The position numbers and the translations under genes are program-made. Of a DNA stretch of 64,000 nt, positions 1-16,765 are shown in pieces. Under the pieces are notes generated by a model. That model did not search any database. It was not told the DNA's origin and saw only the letters and a list, made by a program, of their open reading frames with translations. This DNA is from Salpingoeca rosetta (taxonomy: Eukaryota > Protista > Choanoflagellata), in NCBI GenBank assembly GCA_033442325.1, contig JAWQFM010000021.1, forward strand, positions 531,413 to 595,412. The letters are read 5' to 3'. Position 1 is the first letter of the stretch. Every line of letters begins with the position of its first letter.

Positions 1-105
1 AATGTCACAAAATGCCCCCACCCCAGCAGTATGAGCTGTAGTCGTGGATTGCGAGCATTCAAGACACACGCGCAAATAAACCGAAACACTAGCAAGGAGT
101 GGGTG

Positions 106-243
<138 letters not shown>

Positions 244-298
244 ACACCGACCAACACATGGACACTGCAGTCGGTCAACACAGGTGTTTGCAACGCAC

Positions 299-1117
299 TG
301 CTGCATTCGGTCGAGGTCGTGGTCCACAAAAGGGGCGAGGTACGTGATGCCGGCGTTGTTGACGAGGAGGTCAATCTTGGGCAAGTCTGAAAGCTCCTTC
401 TCAACGGCATCCTTATCTGATAGATCCAGGTGCATTGGCTTCAGCGCAGGATACTTGAACCCACACCACAGCACATATATGTCAGTCACGTGCATCGCAA
501 GATGGACACACGTCAACACCATCACACACGCACGCACACACACGCACACACACACACAATTACACACACACACAATTACACACACACACAATTACACACA
601 CACAAGTACACCCACAAGTGCACACACAATTACACACACACACATGCACACACGCACACCTGTTGGGCGAGCTCGTCCAGGCCAGATCGGCCAATGGCAA
701 CAACGTCGGCACCGAGTGAAGACAACGCAATGGCCGTCGCTCTGCCAATGCCTGTACCAAATCAAACTAATTATGAGTGAGGTAGGGCAAAGCACATGGC
801 CACTCGACATGCAAACAAGAAGCTCACACCGACAACATAAACAGGAAATGCAAACACAAATGCAAACACAAAACACAAACAACAACACAATGCCAACACG
901 CATACGTTGACTGACCGCGCGTGGCACCCGTCACCACGGCAGTCTTGCCCGTAAACGACACGTCAAAGTTGTACGTCGCATTCGCCCCGCTCCTATGAGC
1001 AGTGGCCGCCGACAGTGAGCGCCGAGCAACAACAGGCACCCCTCTGCGCGGAGCAGCAGCAGCAGCAACACAGCTGCGCCGCACGGCGGCAGTGGCTGCT
1101 GTCATCATCATGGTCAT
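299..1117 (-). CDS. Short-chain dehydrogenase/reductase, L-xylulose reductase (DCXR)-like; 3' end runs off the window
   Basis: Exons 1117-916, 751-660 and 453-299 splice at GT..AG to give FTGKTAVVTGATRG|IGRATAIALSSLGADVVAIGRS (TGxxxGIG NAD-binding motif) and KIDLLVNNAG. The Arg/Ala-rich N-terminus resembles a mitochondrial presequence. Confidence 0.85.
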
Positions 1118-1142
1118 TGTAGAAAATTGGTCCGTGATATAA

Positions 1143-3171
<2,029 letters not shown>

Positions 3172-3591
3172 CACACACACACACTGTCTCACACATGCAC
3201 ACACACACGCGCACACACACACACACACGTACACGCACATACACGCATACACACGTACACGCACATACACGCATACACGCACACGTACACGCACATACAC
3301 ACAATACTCCCACCAACTAAATAAATGAGGCCTGTACTTCAGCTTGATTTATGTTGGTGAATGCGACACACACGCATGCACTGATATGCGCACCGTGTAT
3401 GTTCAAGTTAAGGGGGCAAATGAAGAAATCATGACGGGCACAACGCACGTATGCACACACCCAATCGGGGTGACAACAACAAGCACAGCAGCACAAGGAC
3501 AGGACATGGCCAGAGGTGTCTCTTGTCCGCAAAGAGCAGTCCAACACACAGTAACACGCACGCGAACGATCGCACAAGTTCTCTGACAGCT

Positions 3592-6029
3592 TCAGCACTG
3601 GCTCGCACGTCCTGCTTCGTCTGCTTCAGCTAGCATCGGAAGCTCCTCATTTTGAAATGGGGCGGCGCACAGCAGCGATGTGCCACTACACCCAAGCCCG
3701 TGGTCGGACTGGCTGTCGCGGAGCGAACACGACGAGAATGAAGGAGCATTTTCCCGACTGACTTGCGGGTTGGGCTGGATGGACAGCAACGAAGACTCTT
3801 CAGAATAGGCATCAGCAACGCTCCCCGCATCAGGCTGTGCACTGCCTGTATCGGAGGCGGGGAGGGTCTCGGTATCATGATCAACAGTGACATCACCCTC
3901 GGCCACATTGGCACGTGTGGGGGAGCGTGGTCCATGATGATGCAAGGCTGTCGAAGTACGAGGACTGCCAAAGCTGTCACGTGACAGGGCCTCAAACGCC
4001 TCTGCATCGTTGAGCCACGACACGGAGCTCAATGACACCCGCGCCGATGCGCCGCCCTCATGTGCTCCCGTCGACCGCCGCCCAATCGACGACGCACGCT
4101 TCTTCTTGAACACAAACCCGCCCCCAACGCTGTCCTTCAGCTGGGCACTCTTCCTCCGGCTACCCGTGTCACCATCACCATCATCATCACCGTCAACATC
4201 GCCATCACCCTCGCCCATGTCGATCACAGTGGCCTCGTTCTCAGCAATGGCAACACGCCCCGTCTGCTCAGGCTTCCTCGTGCTCACCAGCCAGTATGTC
4301 AGCATCTCGCCCTTGCCCTTGATGTTCTGCACCCCGCGCGACTCAAGCTTCACCCACGGCGCCTGGCTCCGCACGCGGTCTCCCGCAGACGTCGACACGT
4401 GGATCTTGTTGCGCTCGCTCGAGCTCTCCATGCGCGACGCCGTGTTCACCGTATCCCCAAACAGGCAGTACCGCGGGTTGCGCCGCCCAACAACGTTGGC
4501 CACGACAGGGCCGCAGTGGAACCCAACGCGGATGTTCACGCACCCCAGCTCCGGCCGCTCAGGGTCAATGAACGTCGACTGCGCCGCCTTGATGGCGTCC
4601 TCCGCAAACTGCGCAATGCGGAGCGCGTGGTCGTGCTGCGGCTTGACAAGGTTTGTTGCCGCCATGTACGCGTCGCCAATGGTCTCCACCTTGAACACGC
4701 CGTGCTTCTCCGTCAGCTCGTCAAAGGCAGAGTACAGCCGGTCCAGCATGTCCGACACCGCCGCCGGCGTCAGCTGCGCGCTGATGTTGGTGAAGCCCAC
4801 AATGTCGGAGAAGAAGATGGTCACGTCGTCCTTGTGCTCCGGGTGCACCTTCTTGCCCTCCTCCAGCATCTTGGCAATGTGCGGCGGGAACACGTCGTGC
4901 AGCACCGTGGCCTTCTTCAGCGCGTCCTGCTTCTGCTGGATGAGGCTTGCGCCCACCTTGCTGATGTTGAGCTCGCCCAGCTGCGCGTCCACCTGGTCGA
5001 ACGTTGGCCGGAACTTGGGCTCCTCGGACCAGCACCGCCGCGCAAGCTCAGCCAGCATGACGGGGCACGAGGCTGGGATGTCGGGTCGCTTTGCCGGCAC
5101 CTGGCGCGCGGCAATCTGACGCAGCACCTCCGACGCGTCCTCCTCTGGGAACGGGTCCTGCCGGCTGTAGATCTCGTACACCGTGATGGCGAAGCTGTAC
5201 ACGTCCGCCTCCCGCGTCACCTCTCCTCCGCGCAGCACCTCTGCATGGTTGTGATGGTTGCGGTGGTGAGAGGTGGTTGTGATGGTTGGTTGGTGAGCGG
5301 TGGTTGTGTTGGTGATTGTGTTGGTGGTGATTGTGAGTGATAGTGGTTGGAAGGTATGTGTATGTGTTAAGGTAGGGGGGAAGAACGCAACTCTGCAATA
5401 CACACGCCCGAATACACATGCATGTGCTTGCATGCATGCACGTTCACAGTAGCACATCAGCACACACACACAGACACACACAGGCACACACAAATGCACA
5501 CAGAGACACACACCTGGCGCCATCCAGAAGGGGGTGCCACAGCCAAAACGCTGCTTCTGCGACAGCCCGAAATCAGCAACCTTGGCCTTGAAGTTGCCAT
5601 CCACAAGCACATTCTTCGTCTTCAGGTCGCCGTGCACAACCGGTGGCTTGAGGTTGTGGATGTAGCGCATGCCAGACACAATGTCCTTGACAATGGGCAG
5701 CAGGAATATGTCTGGTGTTGGCAGCTCATCATTGCGCAGGAAGTCATACAGCGACCTGTGCATGAGCAACATGCCAATGTGCCAATGTGCCAGTGTGGGT
5801 GTTTGTGTGGTGCGAATGAGTAAGTGAGTGAGTGCGTGAGTGAGTGTCGAGGGTGGGAAGAAGCAGTTGAAGGCAGTGATGGCGAGAGTATGGTGCGTGT
5901 GTATGCGGTGTGCTGTGCATGACGGCACGATGGCATGAGTGCACGCATGCAGGAGCGTCAGCAAAGCCTGATGTCAATCCAATGCAAGTGCACATGAAGA
6001 TAATCACACACACACATACATACAGATAT

Positions 6030-6098
<69 letters not shown>

Positions 6099-7761
6099 AA
6101 GCATTGACGCACCCGTGCTCGAGGTGCTCCATGACAAGGAGAAACTCTCGCGACTTGGTCATGATGGCACCAAGCATGGTGGCGATGCACGGGTGGCGCA
6201 GCCGTGACAGCAGCCGCATCTCCTCCATGAACTCGGCTCTTTCGTGATGTGAAGGGCAGTGCAAGACCAATGTGAGTGAGCACAATGCAAGCGAGCAGTA
6301 CTTTGACCAGCTTAGCCAGAATGGGCCTGTACCTCACGCCAAAGAGCCAAAGAGAGGCACGCACTTGGTACTCATGCACACACACACACACATATGCATG
6401 TACACACACTCACTCGCACACACTCACACACAACACACTCACTCACAACGCACACACCACAGCACCCCACGAAACCACACACACACCACAGCACCTCACT
6501 CCTGCAGACAAACGTACTTTGCGTTTGTGAGCCTCTTTGTCTTGCTCATCCTGTGTGTGGTGCCCTGGGTGGTTGCATTGCCCTGCTCCAGCGCCCGCTC
6601 AATCGCTGCCTCGTTGTCCATGTTGCCCAGCTGCAAGCCAAAGCCGTTGGCTGTCCTTGATGCCTGATACGTGCCTGTCACTGTGCCGTCAGGAGCTGCA
6701 AGTGCGTCATCGCATTCGCCGTTCTTGCTACTCCGTTTCATGCTGCTGAGAAACCCTCGCTTGCTTCCCGTGCGCGTACCACGTGCACCTGCACGCGAGG
6801 CCCGCGGCATGACGCGCTTGATGGCGATGGCGGTGCCGTTCAGCTCCCCCTTGATCACAACACCAAACGCGCCCATCCCAAGCACCTCGGGCGGGTCGCT
6901 CACAACAACGTCTGCCGCGTCAATCTGCCACAGCTTGTCTGCGCCTCGCCGCACCATGGCAATGGCAATGTACACGCCGATGCCGATCACAGCCAGGGCG
7001 CTGCCAATGAAGATGGGCAGGTACTCCTTTGCCTGCATGCAACTGCCGCTGATGTGGAGCGTGCCGACGGGGCACACGCACGTGTTGTCCTGTGTTGCCT
7101 CCTGTCCTGGCGGGCACGAACGAGGCTCAACTTGGAGGAGCAACGGGCTGGCGTAGATGGGCTCCCAGTTTTCCGCGCTCGTTGTTCTATCCGCTTCGTA
7201 GATCTGAGTTGGTAGTGCAATGCCGCACAGGTGTAAGGGTGTACGCGTGTGAGCTACCACGAACGCAAACCAATTAGAATTTCTGTATCTGAGCAAGCAT
7301 TCAAGCATGCAAGCATTCATTTCCAGCATGCTCATGGTGTCCCATCTCCCACAGTACTGAGTTTTGCCATGGACTGACCGCAATCGTGGGCGCTCCAAAG
7401 TGTGGCTCCGTGACGTTGATGAGGGCCAGTCCAGCGTGGCCGTCCACAGGCTGTGCCTCGGTTGTGTACTCGTCTCCGCCTGGCCAGGAAACTCTTACGA
7501 CGAAGAAAAGCGTGTCTGCGTTGTGACGCCTTTCTGCCAGCCTGTCCTCAAGGATGAAAAAGAAGACCTGGCCTTGTGTCCCGGTTGCACACTCTTCCAT
7601 GCGTTGGCATGATTTCTGAAACACCTGTCGTGCAAGATCAGGGTTTGCTTCGAGGACTTCCTGCGTGACACCATGTGGAACCGGGTGGATCTAAACAACA
7701 GATCGCAGAACCAAGAAAGGCAGATCATGAGAGGATTGACTTTCCGAAAGCAAGCCAAAAT

Positions 7762-7844
<83 letters not shown>

Positions 7845-10148
7845 CACAGCAGTAAGCCAGGGTTGACACTGTAAGCACACAACCAAACACAAAACTTACC
7901 AGAATCGGTGGAGATTCCAGACAAGGGCGGCACATACAACGGGTGTTTCCCGGACAGTGCACATCAGCACACAGCGCCGGCAGCACAATCTCGTTGTGGT
8001 GGAAGTGGGTTGCTGGGCAGATAACTTGTGCAGCATGCAGACCACTTTCATGTGCATGTTCATCATCGCCAGGGGTTGCGCCGGTATCTTGTGCGAGGAT
8101 GACGGTGCCAGGTTCGGCTTCTTGGTGCTGGGTCTCATCAGAATGGTCATCATGTGCTGCTTCTGCAATCACCTCCTGTTCTTCCTCAGCGTCAGCCTCA
8201 TCGTGGCCGTGTTCGTCGTCCTCGCCCTCCTCATGCACGACGATGTGGGACATTCTCCGCACACACCGGGCCTCGGTTGTGTGCACCAGGTCGCGCTCAA
8301 CCACTCCGAAGGTTTCCTGCACGATGATAACAGTATTAGGAAAGATGAGTGAGTTGGAGAGATCTGGTGTGGCTTGATGAATGCCGTGTGAGACGCGGTA
8401 CCGCAGGCGCTCAACCACTGACAACGACATCACACACACACACACGCACACACACACAACATGTCGTACAGCAGCTCTCCCCCACTGGGCACACATCGAT
8501 GTGATTGCCCTACCAGGATGCCGCCGGCAGTGGCAAAGCTCCCTGGAACAGAGAGGCGGCACTGGCTGCTATCAGTGTCAAACAAGGCATCGAGCAGCTG
8601 GTCTCGCTCCTGGTGTGGAACGGGTATGGTGTGTGTATGTGTGAGTGTGTGCGTTTGTGAGCAATGGAATGCAGGCAGTGGAGAGGGTGTGCATGCTGCA
8701 CCGAAGGAAGTAGACGCTGGTCATTCACGCACATACACACACACATACACACACACACAGACACACACACAGACACACGCAACAGCACTGCACGCTGACC
8801 TCGAGGGATGTGAGGTGCGTTGCAACCAAGGTCCAGCCAGGGTAGACTGGTGTTGAGCTGAAGTAGGGAAACCGTGTGCCGTCTTCGTCAAAGGCAATCT
8901 CCTGAGCGAGGATATCAACGTCGTCCCAGTCCAGCAGCCCTGCGCTTGCAGAGTGCTCCAGGAATCCTGTCTGCACCATGCCAGCAGCAGCGGCTCCAGA
9001 CAGCACAGCCTCCAACACGCGCTCCTGCGTTCCCATGAACTGCAGCTGCACGTGCCATCAGAGAGGGTGGAGATGGGTAGGTGAGCATTACATACAGAGT
9101 GTGTTCGAAGTACGTTGGGGTCAACTAATTGCACGCGTCCACCAAGCACACACACATGCACACATGCAGGCAAGCACACACACACACACACATTCACACA
9201 CAAAGTTAAGGGCTAACCACGGTGGCGTCGTCGATGAGGTGGCGGCCTGTCTTGCCATGGTATTTGGCAAAGTTGGCGTGCGTGCTTGCAAAATCGGTGA
9301 TGGTGGTGCCGGCAACAACCTGGTCCTTGAGGTCTGACAGCGAGACAATGCCGGAGTTGCGAAGTGCAAACGTCACGCCGCCAGCCCCATACACAAAGTC
9401 GTCCTCCTCATCCACTTCAGGTACTGTGAGACAAACGAGAAAGAAAAGGGGGAGGAATGAATGGAAGATGAACAGAAAGGGAGCAAGCAGGCAAGGCAGA
9501 GAGGGGGGAGCGGGTAATGATTGGCCGTGTGTTCGTGCACGAGGAAGTACATGGTGTGAGGGAGTGCTTGAGGGTGAGTTCGCATGCTTGCAAGTATGTA
9601 AGCCAGTGCATCGCTCCTTGTGTGTGTGTGTGTGTGTGTGTGTGTGGTGGACAATTGCTTGCATGCAACTTCAGTCAGCAGCCAATTGCTTGCATGCAAC
9701 TTCAGTCAGCAGCCACAGACAGACAACCAGCCAGCACACACAGCGGGTGCGCGTCGTGGACTCACGGTAGGTGTCCGGGAAGCCGAGAGTGGCGAGCGGA
9801 GAGTGCCCGCGCTCCACGTCGAGGCAGGCCATGGTCTTGGTGTCAGCGAGGGCAAAGTCGAGGTCGTTGGCGTTGTCGAGCATCTCCAGCTCGGTCATCC
9901 TGTGAATGGTGAAGTTCCATGGCGCGTACTCGTGCAGCAGTTCCTCGAAGGTGTCGCAAACATCTGTGACAGGCGAAAAAGACGAAAACGTGGCGTGAGC
10001 ATATGCACGGTGAGCTGACAACACCAACGACGGTGACAAGACCAGAGGTTGACATAGCAAACACAACACAGACAGACTCCTAGACTCACACATGTACAAA
10101 CACACAAGAGAAAGAGAGACAGAGAGAGAGAGAGAGAGAGACAGAGAC

Positions 10149-10233
<85 letters not shown>

Positions 10234-10519
10234 ACAAACACAAACACACACACACACACACAATAAACACAACAATACAACGACACAGCACAGCACAGCA
10301 CAACACAAGCACACAAAGCACACATTCACGAGCACACTCACGGCGCTGAACTGGGGAGAGCACGCATCCGATGTTGAACACCTTGCCCGTGAGGTCAAGC
10401 TCTTCCTCTTCTTCGTCGTCCTCGTGTTCTTCATTCGCAAACGAAGCGGTTGGGAAGGTGATCGCCACAACGATAGTGGCGAGCAGAAGTGCTCGCATGA
10501 GCAATGCCTTCGTGTTCAT
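3592..10519 (-). CDS. Receptor-type kinase-guanylate cyclase with an extracellular periplasmic-binding-protein-like (PhnD/Phosphonate-bd) domain
   Basis: Signal peptide MNTKALLMRALLLATIVVAI; PBP-like segments (SGIVSLSDLKDQVV, FMGTQERVLEAVLSGAAAAGMVQTG, PYFSSTPVYPGW); TM YLPIFIGSALAVIGIGVYIAIAMV; kinase motifs GMGAFG, AIK, HGDLK, DFG, APE; cyclase motifs FSDIVGFT, KVETIGDAYM, PRYCLFGDTVNTASRMES. Confidence 0.9.
9652..9713 (+). repeat. Perfect 31-bp tandem duplication in an intron
   Basis: CAATTGCTTGCATGCAACTTCAGTCAGCAGC occurs twice in tandem. Confidence 0.9.
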
Positions 10520-11031
10520 ATTGAGGGGGGTTGGTTGGTTGGTTGGTTGGTTGACGATGTGTTGCTTGGCTTGTCCTCTTGGTGTTGGCGTTTGATTTGC
10601 TGGATGAAAAGTGAAAATGAGTGTGCATCGAGCTCTCCACTTCCATCCAAGTGCATCACGCACTCTCGTCAAAGTCGCGCACCAAGGGCGCTGTGTTGGT
10701 GCGTGCGTGTGAAAGGCCCAAATACATTCCATAACGTGGTTGGGCGCGTTCGAAACGCTTGGGCTGACAAATTTCTTTGAGATGACGTAACGTTTCGGGC
10801 GTTTGGGTGAGTTTAAAGTCAGGTTTCGTCCCGAGTTTGTCAGGATCATGACGAAATGCGTGGCCAGATTGGTGCAATATCTCCTTGAAGCGAAAAACAC
10901 ACGAGTTGCCAACACACAGACAAAGCTTCATGAAAGGAAAAACAGCAACGACATACGTGCATGAAGGCACGCGGCACTTCGAAGGTTTCATTTTCCATAC
11001 AACACACAAACATGTGGTTGGTTGCTTCATG

Positions 11032-11205
11032 TCAAAAGTCGCCGTGCAGCACTTGATCGCACGATCCTAACAGCTCGTCAATGTCGAGGTCGCTTGCCGA
11101 CATGCGCGCGCGCTTTGGTGGAGGCTGGCCCATCTGCGCCCAAACAGCCTCCACGCGCTGGGGCACTGCCGCTTGAGGTTGTTGTTTCACACCCTGCCAT
11201 GATGG

Positions 11206-11296
<91 letters not shown>

Positions 11297-11719
11297 CTTC
11301 CCTGCCTGCGGCCCTTGACAGGCTGAGGTGCCCTTCGCGTTGGCTGCACAGGCTGCTGTTGTTGCACTGGCGCACGCCCCTGATGTGTACGCCCTGGAGA
11401 CAGCTTCATGTGTTGCTGTGGTTGTTGTTGTCGTTGTTGTTGTTGGTGCTGCAGTTGTGCTGGCGTGACAACAGCGGATATGGTGGGAACGTGCGGCACT
11501 GGGCGCTGCCCAAGGGACGATGCAGAGGTCACGGCGGCGGTCGTGGCGATTGACGTGGTGGTCGTGGGCACAGAGGAGGAGGAAGAAGAGGAGGTTGTGA
11601 TTGCCGGCAGTCGATGCCCCTGTGACCGTCCGTGGAGCTGTTGTTGCAAGAACGCAACTTGCGACATCTGAAAGACAAGGCGACATGCACAGAAATAGCC
11701 AGTGTGTGTGTGTGTGTGG

Positions 11720-11759
<40 letters not shown>

Positions 11760-12344
11760 ATCCAACGCTTGGTGAGTCGTTTGCTGTGCCGAAGCAAGGG
11801 CAACCACAATCACCACAACCTCCAATCCAGACACGCACGACTGGCGCACACACGAGCCACGGGCACATGCATCATGGTGTCACACCTTCTTTTGCTGTCA
11901 GGATGGGGCGAGGTCAGGGGTGGCCGAGCAGGTGTACGGGAAGTTGAGTTGCGTGAGCACATGCATGGCAAGTAGCGGGAGGGAGTGGAGAAGCAGCGCG
12001 TACCAGGGAAATGTCACGCACAAAAACGAACGAGCACGGACGGACAGACATGCAGACAGACAGACGAACTCATACACAGAAATACCCACACCCACACACA
12101 CGTCGCACCTCTTGCAATGTGGTGAGAAGGAAGCGGTTATGCTCCATTGAATAAGCAATGAACATCACCTGCCCCTGTGCTGGATTGCTCCGGACTGCAC
12201 AGGCAGCCACAACAACACATCAAATCATACGTGAGCTCATGATCCATGTTTGTGCAGCAAAGTGCGCGCGCGCGCGCGTGTGTGTGCACGTCTCCTGTGT
12301 ATTTTTGTGTGTGCGTGTGTGTGTGCACGTCTCCTGTGTATTTC

Positions 12345-12418
<74 letters not shown>

Positions 12419-12913
12419 TGGATGATTGTTGGGGCGCTGCGACGCGTGTGCGTTGCGAAAGCAGCGTCACAGCGCACGCTGCCCGAAACGTACAAACTTC
12501 GAGGAAGTATGGCTTGGCGTAGATGCAGGGGAACTGCAGTGCGTTCCACTGCTTCAGCAGCTCGGGTGCCTGGCCGCCTGCAGACGCCAAAGAAATCATC
12601 AAGAAAGAAAGAAGGAAGGAAAGAAAGAAGGGAAGAAAGACAGAAAGAAAGAAATTAAGCAAGAAATGGAGGGAGGAAAGAAAGCGGTTGTGCATGAGAG
12701 AAATAAACACTGAAGCGACGAGGGAAAAAGGGCCAAGGAACTCACACCTACACAGTTTCACATTCACACACACACATACATACGCCTACACGCACACCGT
12801 AACATCGAGCGCACCTTTGATGTGGGCGTTGACTTGGAAGACGGTGCCCTGGGGCATGCTCTGCCACGGAGCGACACGCTGATCCATTGGCCGCGTGTCT
12901 TCATGGAATACGT

Positions 12914-12967
<54 letters not shown>

Positions 12968-13221
12968 GGGCAGAGAATGTTAGCAGGAGTGAGTCAAAGG
13001 GCTGAGAGAAAGACGGCAATACACGGCGGATGGTGAACATTCAAACGCGTCGGCTGTTGTTGTAAACGCGCAGAAGAGCAGCTTAAATTCACACACACAG
13101 ACACAGACAGACACAGACACACACACAGACACACACCGACACACACCGACACACACCGACACACACAGACACACACACAGACACACCGACACACACAGAC
13201 ACACACACACAGACACACCCA

Positions 13222-13273
<52 letters not shown>

Positions 13274-14704
13274 GCAACATGCACGCGAGCTTGGGCGGCA
13301 TCGGTGGGTGGCGTACACATGTTGGTGGGGAGGACATGGTCGCCGGGGATGACGGCGGTGGCGCGGATGACAATCGGAGGCTGCCCGCTGTGCCGCTTCA
13401 TGCTGCAGGGGTGGTGGTGGTGAGCGAGGTGTGGGGTTGTGGGGAATGTGACGAAGCAGATGCAACATGGTATCCATGGTACATCGTGCGCATCCACCAC
13501 TTGCAGTACACTCCACAAAGACACTGGTGCACAGACACAGACACGCACACACACACAGACAAACACACACACACACACAAACAAACAAACAAACAAAGAA
13601 ACAAACAAACACCCAAATCTACATGCCGCTGCCTCACCTGATGTTGATGGCCTGGGTGTGGCGTGTTCTGAGCTTGAAGGTGGGCACGTAGACGAGGTCT
13701 GAGCACACGGCGGGCAGAAGTGGCTTGGCGAGGGAGGTGAACAAGTCATCAGCTGGCCGTGTGTTTTCCTCCAACACAGACATGAGGGCGGGCGAGCGAA
13801 GGGGTGACAGCACGGATATGTCCGCACGGCGCTTGCGCAGGGCTCGCAGCAGGTCCTGCCACGACTTGTTGCTGATGCTTGGCATAGCTGCGCTCTCCTT
13901 GCTGGTGACATCGGACGGCTCCAGCCCCGTGATGATGATCACAATCTGGAACGTGTCCTCGTGCTGCGGAAACCGTGTCATGGCCGTGCTCAGCGCCGGC
14001 GCGAGTGCGCCGTGCATGCCTTCACCCCACAGCTCCAGCGTCTTCAGCAGCTCAACAAACTTGCCGTGGTCCGTGATGGCCGGGAAGGTGGTGATGCTGC
14101 GTGTTCCCGCCGCCCAGGATATGTCGTCAGGGTACGTCATGAGCGTGTACTGGATGGGCTTGTCAGTGCGGCTGGTGTACGAGTGCACCACGGACAAGAG
14201 TGGCACGAGGTACGTGCTGACCAAGCGTTTGTACTCGTCTTGGTGCAGCCCACAACTCTCGTCCACCAGCACCAAACATTCCCATTGCTTTTGCTTGCTT
14301 CGATCTCGTGGCAATTGCTGCTGTGGCTGTGGCTGTGGTTGTGGCTGTGGTTGTGGCTGTGGCTGTGATTGTGGTTGTGGCTGCAGTTGCGGCTGTGGTT
14401 GTGGCTGTGGTTGTGGCTGTGGTTGTGGTTGTGGTTGTGGCCGAGGTTGGTGGTGTGTGTGTTGTTGTGCGGGTTGTGTGTGTTGCCGGTATTGTTGGTA
14501 CGGCTGTTGGTGGTACTGTTGCTGTTGTTGATTCTGTTGTGGTGGTTGTTGTTGGTGGTATTGTTGTTGGTGGTACTGCTGTTGTTGTTGTCGTTGCTGC
14601 TGCTGCGGTTGGTATGTTTGTTGCTGGAACGATTGCTGGAACGGTTGTTGTGGTTGTTGTGGTTGATGTTGCTGGTGTCGTTGTGGTTGTTGCTGTGCCA
14701 TCAT
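11032..14704 (-). CDS. MED25: Mediator subunit 25-like (VWA domain, probable ACID domain, Gln-rich regions)
   Basis: CLVLVDES...YLVPLL...IQYTLMTY...LAPALSTAMTRF...ISVLSPLRSPALMSVLE matches the Med25 VWA pattern (YLLPAI, QYSLVVF, GLSTALQLF, SIVSPRKLPAL). The exon near 12110-12190 (QVMFIAYSMEHNRFLL) resembles the end of the ACID domain. Internal exon boundaries are only partly resolved. Confidence 0.72.
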
Positions 14705-15079
14705 CTTGGTTGTATGCGCGTGTACGTGTGTGGTTTGATTCTGGGAGGTTTGGGTGCCAGTTTCCTGTGTACGTGTGTGTGTGTGCACATGTGTGTGTGT
14801 GTGTGTGTGGTGGTCGAAGCAAGCAAAAGGTGAGGGGCAAGAAGAGGAAGACAGGCAGGGGAGATGATCAAGCACAGGAGAGCAGCCAACCAACCAACAT
14901 GGAAAGACATTCGGTTTCTTCCCACCGCTGTCTCCTCCGTCGTTGTTGCTTGCGCTGTCACGCCTTGAAGAAAATGTGTGAATATCGTCCATAATCATCC
15001 CGAGCCAGGATGACACACACACACACACACGCGCGAATTGATGCGTTGAGGTGTGACGTGACGTGCATGACATGACCAC

Positions 15080-15158
<79 letters not shown>

Positions 15159-15833
15159 GCCTGCCTGCTTTGCGTTGCCTGCTTTGCTTGAGTTGCGTGC
15201 GTTGTTATCTTCAATCAGTACTGTAACCACAGGCAAACAACAAGGAGCAAAGGGGCAGGTCACACAGAGCAGGGATAAGAAAAGCACACCGAACCTATAG
15301 ATGCAAAGTCAAAACAACCCACACACGTACACGCGCATCATACGCATACACCAGTCCTACAGTCAGCAAAGCACAGAGAGAGACAAGAAGGCAACAACAC
15401 AGGGGAAGCGCGCTTCTTGTTGCGCATGTGTGTGCGTGTGTGCGTGTGTGCATGTGTGTGTGTGCGTGTGTCGGGGACGTCATTCCACCGCGTGCTACTG
15501 CGGACCGAGCGAGACTGGTTGACATGCAATGTTACGTGTAACACACAAAGCAAGAACAAGATGACAGCGACACGAACCGACGCGTGTGAGGCGTACTCGT
15601 TGCAGGCAAAGAAATGCCCTCACACACCACCCACAGATGCCTTCCTCGCGCCACGCCTGCTCACGCACAAACACACAAACCCACAAACCCACACGCACAC
15701 ACACACACACACCACCACCACACACACACACACNNNNNNNNNNNNNNNNNNNNNNNNNNNNNNNNNNNNNNNNNNNNNNNNNNNNNNNNNNNNNNNNNNN
15801 NNNNNNNNNNNNNNNNNNNNNNNNNNNNNNNNN

Positions 15834-16355
15834 GGCTTGCGGACGCGAAGGTGGCAGTAGAAAGGCGATGGCGCCGACGATGACAAGCAGCGCAGCAGCG
15901 ATGGAGGCAACCACGATGATGCCCCGGTCCGCAAACCCGCGCGCACGCGCAGCTATTTTCGCAGTGATGCGTAATGTGTGGTTGTGGTGGTGGTGGTGGG
16001 AGGTTGAGGGTAGCGTAGTGTGAGGCAAGATGAGTGAGTGAGTGAGTGAGTGAGTGCGTGAGTGAGTGAGTGAGTGTGTGAGTGAAAGCACAAACGGATT
16101 TGCATGTATGTGCGTGCTGACCTTCAATGGCGTACACGAATCCATTTCTGTGTGCAATGAAGACGGTGCCGTTGGCATCTGCCGCCGCAGACGAGAACAC
16201 CTGGCCCTGATGGCCGTGAGAAGAATGAGGGAGGGGAGGAGGGATGGTGGTTGGTGAGTAGGGGATGGGGGATTTCGAAAGCAGACGCAACGCATCACAT
16301 CACAGACACACAATGAGACTTGTACACATGCATATACACATGCACATACAGACAT

Positions 16356-16394
<39 letters not shown>

Positions 16395-16698
16395 CGCACA
16401 CACACACAGACACACACAGACACACACAGACGCAGGGCGGCTTACCTTCATGCGCGGGCGTGCTGGTGTTGGGGCGGCAGCGGAGGCGTTGAGGAAGGTG
16501 ACGGGGGAGGAGAGGCCACCAAAGACAACAGCGCCGCCAGGACCAGCAATGGGCGACGAAAACAGCCAGTTGCCTGCACTCGTCGTGATTGGTGATGGCA
16601 AGGGGTGGTGGTGATGGGGACAGTGTGATTGATGGCAGGGACCTTGGTGTTAGTGTTCTTGTGGTTGACTGCAAACCTAACACAAAGCAAGCACACAT

Positions 16699-16765
<67 letters not shown>

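Noticed and set aside
4010-5340. Long plus-strand ORFs opposite the cyclase (similarly 13725-14531, 20328-21623, 36963-37859)
   Set aside because: Antisense shadows of GC3-rich coding exons, with no recognisable motifs.
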